From Eledone cirrhosa (Eukaryota), in NCBI GenBank assembly GCA_964016885.1, contig OZ024743.1, positions 42,966,001 to 43,030,000 on the forward strand: 64,000 bases of DNA, written 5' to 3'. The translations under genes were made by a program, and so were the position numbers. Under the pieces are notes generated by a model that worked only from the letters and a program-made list of their open reading frames with translations, made no database searches and was not told where the DNA came from. This document shows positions 1-13,329 of this stretch, piece by piece (the first letter of the stretch is position 1; each line of letters opens with the position of its first letter).

Positions 1-2862
1 CTTCTGTAGCCTTTTTAAGGTCTCCTCTTTTCAACCAGTTCCATGTCTGTGGATCTCTAAATTCAGTTTTCTCAAAGAAGGTACTATGAAGGGATATTTC
101 CTGAAGGCTTCTATTTCTCCTCGATGTTATTTCCTCCTTGGACATCCCCTGGCCTATTGTCCCCTCCTTCAGTACAGTTCTGAGCATTGGCTCCTTACTA
201 TCAGTCACGTATTTGTGTAGGTTGTTTTTCTCCATCTGAACACAGTCCTCTATGCTGATAAGACATCTTCCACCTTCAGATCTCCTTAAGTAGAATCTAT
301 CGACATCACTCCTCTTGTGGAACATATTGTAGATAGTCAATAGCTTCCTAGTCTTCCTTTCCATTTCTTTTTGTTCAGCAACATTCCAACTCAGAATTCC
401 CGCACTGTACCTACTAATAGACACAGCTCGGGAATTTACTGCACTTATGGCATTCTTACTGTTCAGATGTGACTTTAATACGCTCCTTATTCTCCGAAGG
501 TATTCACTTCTTATCAATTCCTTCATTTTTTTGTTCTTGATGTCATCAGCCTCCAGAACGCCCAAATACTTGTATCCTTCCTCAGAGTCAATTTCCTTTA
601 TCATCTCACCTGTTGGGATCTGGATTCCGTTACTTCTGCTGAACTTACCCCTCCTCATCACAATGACTCCACACTTACTAATACCAAATTGCATACATAT
701 ATCATTGCTGAAAATACGGACAGTGTCAACAAGCACATCCAACTCCTTCTCACTCTTCCCGAAGAGCTTAAGATCGTCCATGAAGAGGAGGTGATTGATG
801 GTAAGCCCTCCCTTTCCCAACCTGTATCCTGCTCTCACTTTTCGCAGTACACTGGTCAGGGCATCAGGGCAAGGGCAAACAACAGAGGGGACAGACTATC
901 TTCCTGGAAGATACCTCTCTTGATCTTCACGCTTCCCATGGATTCTCCAGTTGATGTTAACTCTGTTTCCCAGGACTTCATACATTTGCCCAACAACTGT
1001 CTGATGTTATCTGCCACCTTGAAGATCTCCAGGCTTTTGGTGATCCAAGAATGAGGCACCATGTCAAATGCCTTTTTGTAGTCTATCCATCCCATGGCAA
1101 GACCAGTGTGTCTCCTCTTGCAATTCCTCATTACCATCTTATCAATAAGTATCTGGTCATTGTACCACGTGACTTCTTTCGGCATCCTTTCTGTTCGTCC
1201 GGTAACAAGTTGTTTGTTTGGAGGTGATGATAGATTTCCTCAGACATAATGCTTGTCAACAGTTTCCACATTACGGACAGACATGTGATAGGTCTAAAGT
1301 TGGTAACATCATTACCCTTGATTCGGTCTTTCATTATCACAACTGTGGTACCTTTTGTCAACCACTCTGGTACCTCACCTGACATCAAGCAGTCATTGAA
1401 CATGGCTGTCAGTTTCGGTTGGAGGGATGTTATGTTTTTAATCCAATACCCCTGCACACCATCTGGGCCAGGTGATTTCCAGTTGGTTAGTTTTTTGGCC
1501 TGCCCCTTAAGAGTTTCAACTGTGATACTCAAATCAGTTTTTTGGTGTGCCTGTTCACTGATCTCCTTCTGTACTGTCTCAATCCACACTGCTTGGTTAT
1601 TATGTTTAACATCCTGCTCCCATATTCCTCTCCAGAATCTTTTAGTTTGTTCCGCCTCAGGGATCAAGTCGTTGCCTCTTTCTTTCCCTTCAAGCTGTCC
1701 AAACAGCATCTTCTGGTTGTTGTCGAACATGCGGTTCTGTCCATACTGACTGACTCTGTTCTCGTATCACACTCTTTGCTACAATGGGTTGCTTCAGTTC
1801 CTCTATGATAATATTTAGCTTTTTCCTCCTAGTTTTGAACTTTATTTCCAGTCTATTTTTAGTGTCTATGTTTTTTAGTGTCCCATTCAGTAGGGACTCA
1901 AGCTTTCCAATGTCATTTCTCATTTCCCTGATTTGACCACTCAGTCGTTTCTTCCACCAAGGCTCTGCTCTTTCTTGTCTGTTGTTTCCTCTCGCTTTTA
2001 TACCAAGTAGTTTCCTCACCGTATTTGCTGTTGCTTTGAGGATATTGTTGCACTGGTGAAGGCTCCTCGCCTCAAGGTATGGGATGACTTTGTTTACCTT
2101 AGCTGTTGTTTCTTTTAACTTTTTCCTGTCTACAAATCTTAGGTTCATAGGTCTCCCACTATCATTGTTCAATTCATCTACCACTAAGTTTAGGATATCT
2201 ACCAAATCTTGTCCTAGCCCGTCAGCATTCATGTCCTCAGTGGCCGTATCTCTGTTCCAGGTATTATTTATCTCTAAAGTACCAGTAATGCACTGGGATA
2301 ATTGCTGGCCTTGTGCCAAAAGTAGAAACAATTATTTATCTCAGCATTCAGATCATTGTCTGTTTCGGCTGGTTCCTCCGTTCTCTCGACCTCTTCACCT
2401 TCATTTCCCACTGGCTCGTTTGCCTGGCATACTCCACCCTCCATCTCCAAGCTAATCTCTCTGCTCAGTTCCTCCAGTTCCAGCTCGCTTATCCACCCAT
2501 TAGTTCTTATTACCCGAGCCTGCCCTGCCAGTTTTGTTCATCTAATTTAAATGGACCAATCTCGTTCCAGATGCTTTGCATCCTTTTCCTATAGCCTTTC
2601 TCCATTGGGTTACTCTTCAGGTAACATTGCATAACAGTTCTGTTCAATTCTTTCGTCCAGTTGGTTCTGGTCCCTTTCCTTCTTCTTCTTCCTCCGACAC
2701 CAGCAGTATTTGTTTGAGAGCCAGGTCCCTGCTGCTGAGCCAGGGAGCACCTGTTGGGTGAGAGTCTGTCACATGACATTCTAGTCTCCATTTCACCGTT
2801 ATTCGAACTGTTTAGGTTCGACATTTAAACACTCTTATCGAGGCTTGGCGAATGTATGGTTA
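1..2862 (-). mobile_element. R4/Dong-clade non-LTR retrotransposon, 5' two-thirds (runs off the window start), frameshifted
   Basis: Minus-strand ORF pieces 2510-2824, 1690-2331, 1131-1730 and 856-1185 contain PWWKKRL, WKSPGPDGVQGYWIK, FRPITCL, EQKGC, WIDYKKAFDMVPHSW and GIFQEDSLSP, with FMDD at ~772-783. ATG at 2824 follows a short leader. Confidence 0.9.
2275..2330 (+). mobile_element. 5'-truncated SINE (3' tail) inserted in the Dong LINE
   Basis: TAAAGTACCAGTAATGCACTGG...GGCCTTGTGCCAAAAGTAGAAACA matches the SINE tails at 22537-22713 and 31120-31304. 12-bp TSD ATTATTTATCTC at 2263-2274 and 2331-2342. Confidence 0.9.
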
Positions 2863-2865
2863 CAT

Positions 2866-3770
2866 AACCACCGGTGAATTACTTGTCTCCGATGGTTTCG
2901 TCACTCCACGTGACTTTTGTGTGGCATTATCACGCTGTAGACGAACCCAAATAAACAAACAAACAGACAGAAAAAAACCCAAAAATGAATAAGCATAAGT
3001 TTCATTGTAATGTAGTGTTTCAATGTCTGACTTAGTTTTTCCCTTCCCTTCTCTGTCCATCCGTTTGTTTTTCTCTTCATTTTTATTTCCTTTACGTTTT
3101 TCGTTGTTGCTGTGCTGCTTTGATTTTTATTTTTATTTTTTTTTATTTTGACCGGGTCATCAATTCAGTCTATTTATATATTTTGATGCCTTCCTCTTTT
3201 AGTGGGAATTCTACAATGTAGCAGGGGGTAGCGGGAGAGAATAGTGGCGGTAGTGATATTGAGGCAGCGGCGGCGGCGGTGGTGGCGGTGCTGTGCTAGC
3301 AGCAACTAGCAGGAGGTAGTGGGAGAGAATAGCGGCGGTAGCGATAGTGAGGCAGCGGTGGTGGTGATGTGGTCGTATTAAAGTAGTGATGGTGTTGAAG
3401 TTGGAGTAGAAATTTGAGTCGACTTGACCAGAGTTTTCATCATGGTAGTGGTGGTGGTATTGGTGGTGAAATTATCTTTAGTGAAATTATCGTTAGTCGC
3501 GTATATGTGTTGACTTAAATTCCATAATATTGGAATTAAACATTTTGTTAAAACTAAAACTTGAGGCAATAGTAATAGTAATTATTATTATTATGCTGAG
3601 ATTGGTGGTGGTGGTGGTGGTGAAATTGCCGTTATCGGGCTGTTGTGTTTAGTGTACACATAGGGTGATGGGGTAGGTGGTGTATCTAGTTTATGATGTT
3701 GGTGAAATTGCTGTTATTTGGCGGTTCTATATAGTGTAGACAGAGGGGGTTTTCTTCCATTTATAACCAT
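2866..3770 (-). mobile_element. Probable degraded Penelope-like 3' region/pLTR
   Basis: C-rich minus strand with degenerate internal repeats (3233-3270 vs 3321-3358). A broken hammerhead half (GTCAC-gtgga-GTGAC GAAAC) lies at ~2890-2916. Confidence 0.35.
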
Positions 3771-3986
3771 TTTCTTTTTTGAATATAAAATGTATAATGC
3801 AAAATTGAATATTTGAGCGATATAACAATATATTGTGGATCCGAATTTTTGGGGACTCAAGCTGGATGTTTTATGCAACATTTGTACTAAGAATTGTTAT
3901 TTCACAATTGATTTAAATATGTTAAAAAATCAAAACTTACGGGAGCGATTTCTCGACCTTTTATCCACCATGTGTGTCTTCTTCCC

Positions 3987-4008
3987 TATTATTATTATTA
4001 TTATTATG

Positions 4009-4047
<39 letters not shown>
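3987..4047. repeat. (ATT)n microsatellite, 5' flank of Tx1 copy A
   Basis: Direct reading. Confidence 0.97.
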
Positions 4048-4274
4048 GGCCGCACATGTGTGAAGACAGACAAGTCTGCGGGGGAAAAGGTTCGTAGCTT
4101 TAAGCTGTTTTAAAATGTCTTTTTTTTTGTATTTTCTTGTCATTAACGAAACTTAAGGTACACATCTTGATTTAAAGAGAGGGATACCTCTCAATATTCG
4201 GGCTTTAAGCCCGAATATTCAGATTTATTTTTTAAAAACTTCGAAAAAAATCGCTTCCCCACCAAAAGAAAATT

Positions 4275-6264
4275 ATGGAAATTTTCGACCTTGAAACGGT
4301 AAACAACGTTCAGGTAAAAAGTTTAAAGGCAGCGACTACAGATTTCACCACGACTACGACAGCTACAGTCATGCCTGTCATCCACTCTACTGAATGTGAA
4401 GGCAAAACTAAAAAGCTACCATCACAACCTTCTGCCATAGCAGCAGTATCATCTGAAAACGACATCACCACCACCGCCACCGCCACCACCACCTCCACCA
4501 CCACCACAACAACAACTCAGAGCAATAACGACAATAACACCGACAGCTTCAATGTAAACAAGGATGCCGGTGGCAACAGCAAGAATGACAACAACAACAA
4601 TAAGAGCATCAAAGACACCACATTTGCTGCAGCAGCAGCAAAAACAAAGCGCTTATTGAATATTGATATTGATATTAGCGATAAAGACGAACAGTTGGCC
4701 AAAGCGTGGAGGCTAATTAAACGGGAGAAGTCCTGGGCAAACCTGACCATCCCGGACGAGGCAATAGCCGCCATGCAAAGGAGAACGGTGCTCTTTCGAT
4801 GTATTTAGGTGCAGACACGAAAAGTGGAACTTGCGAGCCAAGCAGAGGTAGAGGCTGCTTTGGAGTACATCAGATGTAACATAGAGTACAAAACAAGAGG
4901 CAAACAGCTCGGTACCATCTCGGTACTGTTCAAAACCGAGGCCCTCGCTATTAAGCACTCGGTGACCCCCTGCAGAACGGAACGCATTATCATGCATCCG
5001 TCCTATATGGGTAAAAGGACAGTGAAGGTACGCATTCCCAGCATCCCACCAGGAATGAACATATGGTGGCTGCTGGGATGCGTAATCGAGGAGGGGACAG
5101 ACACCACCCTCCTGGACATCAAAAGGACAAAGAGAGAGGACTGGTCCGGAATGGATTTGGAGATTCTTCTCCAAATGAAACCGGAGGATATGAATAACAT
5201 CCCAGATTTTGCCCGCCTGCAGGACGGGACAACAATCCAACTAATGATTGACGGAAGAAGGCCACGCTGCTTCGTTTGCGGGGAAGCAACCCATCTTCAA
5301 GCCTTCTGCCCTCAGCGCAAAAATGCAGGGGGTCGCAAACCTCCTTTGTTGCCAACGCCAGTGTCAGCACGGAAAGCTGCACCACCACCACCACCAAAAA
5401 GAACATCAACAAAAACACGGACACCAACATCAAAAGCAGCCGGATCACCACCAACACCAAAACCAATCCAAGGAGAAAACGAGGAAAGCTCTCCCACTCC
5501 CCCTACCCCCCCCCCCCCACAATTATACACATAGACAAACAAAAATAAACGCACACACAGACACAGAGACACTCACAGACACAGACCCTTTGTCTTCCAG
5601 CAGCGAAAATAAAGGAAAACCCAAAAGTGCAAAAAAAACAGAGAAAACTCACAAAAAAAAAAGCCCAAACAAAACACAAAAACACACAACAAAAAATACA
5701 GACACCACTAACGCAAACACTTCCCCAATAACATCAGCACCATCAGCAACATCGACACCATCTCCCCAATCCCCGAAACGCAAACAACCTAAACAAACAC
5801 AAGTACAAATAAACACACAAATACCTGAAATTGCAGACACCACACCTACAACAAACATAGACATACCCGAAACAACACCACCAAAACCATCGCCAACACC
5901 TTCACCAAAACGAAAACAGATAAAACCACATCAACAAAATGTTAAAAACTTCGTGCTTGTGAGAAGGGCCAACGATAAACTGATGGCCCTCTTAGCGCGA
6001 AGCGAGGACATTCAAACAGAGGGGGAGATTTTTGAAATTAGCACATTTTGCGTGCCAGAAGATTTGCTTCTGGTCCGAATGTCACTCAATTCCTTCAAAG
6101 AAATTCGAGAGAGCTTTCCTCAAGACGTGGGAAACCCGAATGTGAAACCCACATCAAGACTTTTAAAGGGGTTCCCAAAAGAAACCCCACCAACCATGGC
6201 GGTCGAACCACCCGACCTTCACAAGACCCGGGAGGTAAGTAAACCTTCCCTCTCTCTCTCTTAG
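4275..6264 (+). pseudogene. Tx1 ORF1 (gag-like, zinc knuckle, Thr/Pro-rich linker)
   Basis: ORFs 4275-4808 and 4809-5534 are one frame split by a TAG and contain CFVCGEATHLQAFC. Frameshift at the C-run ~5507-5519 into the frame ending at 6264. Confidence 0.85.
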
Positions 6265-6273
6265 CTTACCAAT

Positions 6274-9200
6274 ATGGCCATATTAAGAGTAGGAAGTTTA
6301 AATGTTCGCGGCCTGGGGTCACCCTGGAAGCAGGGTCGCCTGCTCAACGACCTCCTGTCGCTGGAAATGGATGTGATTGCCGTAAGCGAGACCAGAATTT
6401 CCGACACGCGCGCACTAGCCCCCATTTTCGACGACTATCAGATCTTCGCATCTGTTAGCAGGCCGGGAATGGGGGGTGGGGTGGCAGTGCTGTTTAGGAA
6501 AGGACTGAATCTCGAGGTAAGGTCGATCTTCCGGGACCCGGTCGGTAAGTTGGTGTTCATGGATGTGAGCAGTAGCGAAGGTGGTGCCTTTAGACTGCTG
6601 GCCGTCTACGCCCCTACAGGGGCCGGGCGACCTGACTTCTTTAGGCGCCTGGAGACCTTTCTGGGTACGTCTCGCCCTTTACTGTTAACGGGGGACTGGA
6701 ATGGCATCTTAGACGCACGCTGGGATTGTGTGGGAGTAGCCGATAGGAGCAGGGGTGCAAAAGCCTCAAGCACCTACTCAGCCAGTTCCAACTGTCTGAC
6801 AGGTATCGACTAGATTTCCCCAATGTGCCAGTATGGACATGGACCAACCGAATGGGGTCATCTAGATCGTATATAGACAGAATCTTCATTAGGAAAATAG
6901 ATAGAAATAGTGTGGGCTGTCCACTTTTTAAAACGGTCGCCTATTCAGATAACAAATTTGTGATCTGTACGGTCGACCTAAATAAAACGCGTAGCTTAGG
7001 ACCGGGTTACTAGAAGCTGAACATGTCATTTCCGGCACGTGAGGCTTACAGGGACCGAGTCAACAAGTTAGTTAAGCAAAAGTTGACAGGGGAGATCATC
7101 AACAACAGATGGTGGGGGGGGCTCTCAAAAGAGAGATTAGAGTAACTTCGATAGAGTTCAGCAAAGAACTAGCGTTAGAGAAAAATAGAAAGGAGGGGGA
7201 GCTGGTAGATAAGTTAGACGAGGCTATTTGTAGTGGCATCGCAACTGACGTGCTAGCGGCGAGAATGGCATTAGACCATTTCTTCAATGCCAAACACGAA
7301 GGTTGCATTGTCAGAGCTAAGGCGCGTGCGCTGAGAAACGAGGGAACTAAAGCTGTTCGATGGACCCGCGTGGTGGAGGCGGAGCGTGGTAATAAAACCA
7401 CAATTCGGTCTTTGGCGGACCGAGACGGACAAGAGATAAGCGATTCCAAGCGGATGTGTGAGGCCTTTCGCCAGCACTTTGCTCGGTTGTTCAGGGAGAG
7501 TGGCGAGTCAGAGAGAGTAGCGGATTTCAGTCCCTACTTGACGGCTTTCCGCGCATCTCGACGGTCGTCGCTAAGCGCTGCGAAAGGCCGATTACTTCAG
7601 CCGAAATTCAGGACGCCCTTGTCGGCTGCATGAGGCGCAAGTCACCCGGTTTGGATGGCCTGCCCTACGAGCTTTACGTAAATATGCCAGACTCGTTCTC
7701 CGAACTCCTCGAAGCACTCTACTGTAACTGGCAGCAGAATGGGAGTATTCCCAGTTCTGTGAGCAGGGGAGTGGTGACGCTGATAAGGAAAGACGAGAAC
7801 AAGAGGGATACATTAGACAACTTCAGGCCCATAACTCTGCTCAACACAGAGTTTAAGATTTTGGCCAAGGTGTTAGCAAAGAGATTGGCGCTTGTCGTCG
7901 TGGATTTGGTTGGGGAGGCGCAAACTTGCGCAATCCCAGCCAGGTCCATACACGATAATCTCCACCTCATGCGATACATCATAGAGAGGGTAGGGTGTAA
8001 ACCTGACTTCGGTGGGGCACTGATTAATTTAGATCAATCGAAAGCATTCGATAGGGTCGACCATCGGTATCTGGAGTTTGTCCTCAAGCAGCTGGCTTCG
8101 GCCCTGTCTTTAGAAGCTGGATTGTTGCAATGCACAGCGGCACACGCTCGGTGGTCAAGGTTAATGGCCACCTCTCGGAACCATTTCGGCTCTCCCGATC
8201 GCTCCGTCAAGGGTGCCCTCTCTCTTCCCTTCTGTACGTATTGACTCTCGAGCCTTTACTGCGGAAGGTGGAGCTGTTGCAGGGCATCCCGCTCGAACCG
8301 GGACGTGGAAGGGCGGCGTCGGCGTATGCGGACGACATCACCGTGATGGTGTCGATCAGCTCAGAAATCGAGGTGGTCGGCACCTTATTGAAGGAATATG
8401 AAAGGTTGACAGGAGCCAAACTTAACCCGGAAAAGTCGGTGGGCTTGCAGCTCGGAACCTGGAGAGGCAAGCCCATGCCGTCCAACAGCGTCGTGGGGCG
8501 CTGGACGGACGGACCAGTAAAGTTGCTCGGGGTTTGGTTCGGACCAGACCTCCAGGTGGAAAAGAATTGGGACGAGGTAACGAGCAGAGTAGCCAGTCTC
8601 ACCCAAAAATGGGCTGGGAGGAAGCTATCACTGAAAGGTCGCGCGGAGGTGGCGAATGCGTATATCGCGTCCGTCATCTACTACCGCCTAACCGTCGTGC
8701 TTTGCCCCCGTCCGCGCCTCGTCAAGTTGGAATGGCTCCTCTTCAAATTCTTGTGGAGGGGACAAGTTCCGTTGGTGAGGCGCTCCATCGGCTGCCAGCA
8801 CCCTCTACGCGGAGGGCTAGGCATGCCGTGGCTAATGATGCGCCGACATGCGTTGAGGCTGCGACATCTCCAGATATTCTGCCTCAATGTTGAACAGGTG
8901 TGGTCGGCGTTTATCAGACGGGCCTTTCCGCAGCTCATTTCTTTGACTGAGCTGCAGTCCTGGCTCAAGAAGAGACCGAGACTGGGTGACTGGCACCTGG
9001 AATGTTGCCAGGCACTCACTGCCCTCTACCAAGCGGGAAATGCGATCAGTGGAACTTCCACTCTCGAGTTCTATAGAGGATTAGTGGTGGGCAAGTGCGA
9101 TGACGCACTCGGAAAAGCTTTGGGCCTCGACGAAGCCGAACTGACCAGTCTGTACCGGAGGACTTTTGAGCCGGGGACGATGGACAATTTCCAGAAATCC

Positions 9201-9695
9201 TTCGCTTGGCAGTGCTACCGGGGGGCACTGCCGGTTCGGGATCAACTCTACAGGCACGGAAGTGCTGTCAGACGGACCTGCCCAAGATGCGCACAGAGCG
9301 ACGAAACCGTTCTGCACGCACTTGTCTAATGTCCGTGCATTACTGACTTGTGGTGTTATGTCGAACAGCTACTGTCGCGTTTGGAACGAATCCGGCTATC
9401 GGCCGAGTCTATAGTGAAGATCGAGCCGCCACCTTCCTTAGGTCAGGAAGAGCAGGACATTTTCCTCTGTCTGGTGGCAGTTGCGAAAGAGATTATATGG
9501 TGGACCAGGTTGAAAGGACTAAAGACAGACACTTTTCTCTTCGGCCAATCCCTCATCAACTTCTTCAAGTTTCACCTGGAAAGGAGGGTGGGGGTGGAGA
9601 GAGAAGTGCTGCCCCCCAGTACATTTGCTAAAAGGTGGGTGAGTGTGGCGAGAATGGCTCGTGCGAATGGGCCTACTCTGACCATGCGCCTATAG
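6274..9695 (+). pseudogene. Tx1 ORF2 (APE endonuclease - reverse transcriptase)
   Basis: SLNVRGL, VSET, GDWN, YIDRIF, SDNK; KSPGLDG, FRPITLLN, LDQSKAFDRVDH, RQGCPLS, AYADD; several stops and frameshifts. Confidence 0.93.
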
Positions 9696-9943
9696 GCTGG
9701 ATAACTTGAGGAGAGGGGTGCTCTCCTGGGTGCCCGATAAGCGAAGGGTGGTTCAGGATTGGTGGGGTACCCGAATCAGCCCAGGGTCGTCGACCCCCAA
9801 TCGGGGAATATATTTTGTTATGTTTATGCATAGTTTATTTTATATTTTTATGTTTTCATTGTTAAATTAGTCTTGCCATTGTGCACTTTTACTCGCCCTT
9901 ATTGTAAACCCCCACTGTCCCTGTCTTTGTATTGTCCCCTACA

Positions 9944-10537
9944 TGACTTGTGGGTTTATGTCGAACACCTGCTGTCACGTGTAGGACGGATCCAGCTATC
10001 AGCTGAGTCCATCGTGAGGATTGCCCCGCCCCCTTCCTTTCGCCGGGAAGGGCAGGCAGTTTTTATCTGTCTGGTGGCCATGGCGAAAGAGATAGTATGG
10101 TGGACACGTTTGAAAGGGCTGAAGACGAGCACTTACCTCTTCGGTGATGCCCTGATTAACTTTTTCAAATTTCATTTGAAAAGGAAAATCAGGGTAGAGA
10201 GGGAAGTGCTCTCTTCCCAGCATTTTGTTGAAAGATGGGTGAGAGAAGCAAGTATGGCCCGAATGAATGGGCCTTCTCTGAGTATGTGTCTGTAAATTAA
10301 AGGTGGAAAACTGGGAGAGGGCACTTGCCCTGGTGGTCAGGGCCACTGTGGTCTTTTAATGGGCTTTCTCCACAAATGTCCCTTGGAAGTCTCCCCCCTT
10401 TTGGGGAATTTTTCTTGGTTATTTTATTTCAACCTCTGTTTTTTTACACGCAGAAATGCCCATTTGTACCGTCCTGTATTGTCCTGTACTGTCCTTAATG
10501 TCTACTTTATGTGAACCCTTGTGGTTAATAAAGAACA

Positions 10538-10538
<1 letters not shown>
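9944..10538 (+). mobile_element. 5'-truncated Tx1 3' end of subfamily B fused to copy A
   Basis: Near-identical by eye to ~19189-19789. Ends AATAAAGAACAC followed by (ATT)n. Confidence 0.9.

Positions 10539-10590
<52 letters not shown>
10539..10590. repeat. (ATT)n array shared by the Tx1 3' end (+) and the Dong 3' end (-)
   Basis: Direct reading. Confidence 0.97.
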
Positions 10591-10591
<1 letters not shown>

Positions 10592-11117
10592 AGTTGCATT
10601 TATCTTGCTTTATGTTCATACGAGTTATCACCAAGTCACAACCAGTGACCTCAAAGACAACAAGGTCCGCCATGTTCAAGAAAGAACATACATACTCACA
10701 CATGCATCTTTAGTGTTTAGACTTGTGATGTACTTATATTGACAGAATCTTCCTTAGTATATGGGCAGTTCCCATTAGTACTATCTTTTGTATTTCTCCT
10801 ATACGCGGGTTTCCTGGGATTTGCGATAATTAATCATTAGACCCCTTAGGTATCATTCCCAGAGCGCCTACAACCACTGGTATTGTTTTAGTTCTCAATT
10901 TCCACATTTTTCCAATTTCTATCTCCAGGTCCTTATACTTGCTCAATTTTTCAAATGTTTTTATATATACATTCTTGTCTATTGGAACGGACATATCAAT
11001 TACCAGGCATACCCTCTTTTTAAAGTCCTTCAATATTATATCAGGTCTATTTGCATCTACTTTTCGGTCTGTTTGGATGCTAAAGTTCTACAAGATTGAG
11101 ATGTGATCTTTTTCAAG
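10591..11117 (-). mobile_element. 5'-truncated R4/Dong LINE 3' end (restriction-like endonuclease + 3' UTR)
   Basis: RPDIIL upstream, then VIDMSVP, KLSKYKDLEIEIGKMW and IPVVVGALG. Ends on (TAA)n in minus sense. Confidence 0.9.
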
Positions 11118-11158
11118 TATTATTATTATTATTATTATTTTAAAGTATTATTATTTTA

Positions 11159-11198
<40 letters not shown>
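11118..11198. repeat. (ATT)n array with two TTTAAAGT interruptions
   Basis: Direct reading. Confidence 0.95.
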
Positions 11199-11406
11199 GG
11201 CGACCTACGTAGTAAATCGTATCATCGTGAGCTCCGCAAAGGTTTGTTATTTCCGTTTGTTAAAAATTGCCATTTATGGAAAATTTTATTGTTAACTGTT
11301 CATAAGCACACATACATTGTTTTCCGAAAAGGACACCCAAAAAGATTGGGGCCTTGTGCCCAAAATTTTAACTTTTATTATTATCCAAAAATTTCTTTGA
11401 AAAAGA

Positions 11407-13329
11407 ATGGCTAATTCCCCTCTGCACGAAGCAGCTGAAAGCCTTCCTCACAAAATAACACCTTACACCGACACCACCATTGTAAATGTTACTACGTTTG
11501 CCGACACAAAAAAAAATATAAGCAGTAGCAATATTTTAAATTTATCTCAGGTAGACATTCATTTCCCGCCATTACCAATGACTGCAGGTGTTAAAACCTC
11601 CATCACCACCACCGCGACAACCCCCCCCCCCACCACCGCGACAACAGAAACAAAAGAAGAAAAAAATAAATTAACTCGTGATGTCGAAATGAAATCAAGC
11701 AAAATGGACTCTTCCCCACCAAAGACGAATGACGTCACCACCACCACAACTGAAACAAAAATTAAGATTAACACAAATAACGATAGCAACAACAACAATG
11801 ACATTATAAAACCGACCCTCAGTTTCGCCAGAGTAGCAAAACAATTCGAAGCGTTCACGGTAACTCAAGAAGATTTAGAAAATGCCAAACAAATGGTAAA
11901 GAAAGATGGGTACAGGGTCAGCCTCACCCCCCACCTAATAAAATGGAGCATCGGCGCCTGTGCACCGTGTCGTATAGAACAATAAATGTAAAATCGCGCC
12001 GAGTGGAACGGGCATCCGAGTCCTAAATCCAAAAAGCTTTGGGACATGTGTGGGCAAGAAAAACCCACATCAGACGTGGGCAAAAGTATGGAGTCATGGA
12101 TGTGTTCTTTGAAACACCAGAGGAGGCTAGAGAACACTCCATGGCCCCATTAAAAAGTGACGACCTCACACTCGTCCCAAGCTATTGTGGCCAGAGACTC
12201 GTAAAGATCAGGGTGACCCACGTTCCACCGGCCATCGAAATTCCCTGGCTAATAGCGGCTGTCCTCGCCGGCATCGAAGCCAACACGAAAATAATAGCAG
12301 TAGCAAAAGAAAAGCAGGAAAACTGGTCCGGATCTGGGATGGAGCTCCTGATCCAAGCGGACCAAAAAAGCATTGAGGAGTTCCCAGAGGTAATAGACCT
12401 CACTGACGGCAGCCACCTCACGGTAATTGTCGAGGGCAGAAGACCTAGGTGTGTCGTTTGTGGTGAAGGAACCCACCTAAGGGCTTTCTGCCCTCAGGCT
12501 AAAAGGTTGAGGCCACCTCTCCTACCCACCCCAGTGACACAACCATCAACACCACCAGTAGCAGAGATGGCAGCAACAACTGTAGCAGCAACAACAGAAG
12601 CAACTATAACAGCAACAACCCCACCCAACGCTTCAGAACTAGCACCAGCGCCTACACCATCCACCACACCACAACCAAAACTAACGGCTGTGGAGTGTTA
12701 TCCACTCCCCGGCCTATCACAACTGGAGACAGATTGTGACGACGAGGAGTGGGAAACGATATCCGGAAAAAAAAAAGAAACCAAAAAAGAAAAAATTCTC
12801 TTCCTTCTCCCTCCAAAAACAAAACACAGAGGGAAACAAATAAACTAAGAAACAAAAAAGTTAGGACAGATATGCCACCATCCACACCAGCATCACCAAC
12901 CCCATCAACCCAAACACCAACACCATCACCATCATTAACCCCAACACCACCATCACCTACACCACAAAAGTCACCAAAATGCGAAACAGAAACAAACCCA
13001 CAACAAACGCAAACAAAACAAAACAACCAAAACGATACACACTACACAGCATTAAATTTGAACAACAAGCAATTATTACACTACATCCAACACAACACCA
13101 GCATCACAGAAAAAGACTACACAACAACCCCAAAATTCACACCACCTCCACACATACAAATCACTCGCATCACACAGAAAACGTACATGACACTAAAACA
13201 AAAAATTCCCCAAAGACATCGGAGACTTCCGACAAGCACTCTCAAGGAGGATTTATAAGGACATCCTTCCTGAGGAGGCCACAAGCAGTTAAAAGGATGG
13301 AAAAACCGTCCTTCCCATACGAGAAGTAA
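11407..13329 (+). pseudogene. Tx1 copy B ORF1
   Basis: Homologous to copy A ORF1 (SFA..AK, WSG..MELL, GRRPRC..CGE.THL.AFC, PPLLPTPV); frameshifts at homopolymer runs. Confidence 0.85.

Larger units (their letters stand above)
4048..9943 (+). mobile_element. Tx1-clade (L1 group) LINE, copy A, full-length 5' end, disrupted ORFs
   Basis: Starts ATT|GGC. ORF1 has a CCHC knuckle. ORF2 has an APE endonuclease, RT and a C-terminal CPRC..ET..H..C zinc motif. The 3' UTR is cut off at ~9943. Confidence 0.93.

Noticed and set aside
11345-11366. GGGC-CTTGT-GCCC-AAAA resembling hammerhead stem II + GAAA (also 4200-4216)
   Set aside because: No CUGANGA box or helix III; treated as a plain UTR hairpin.
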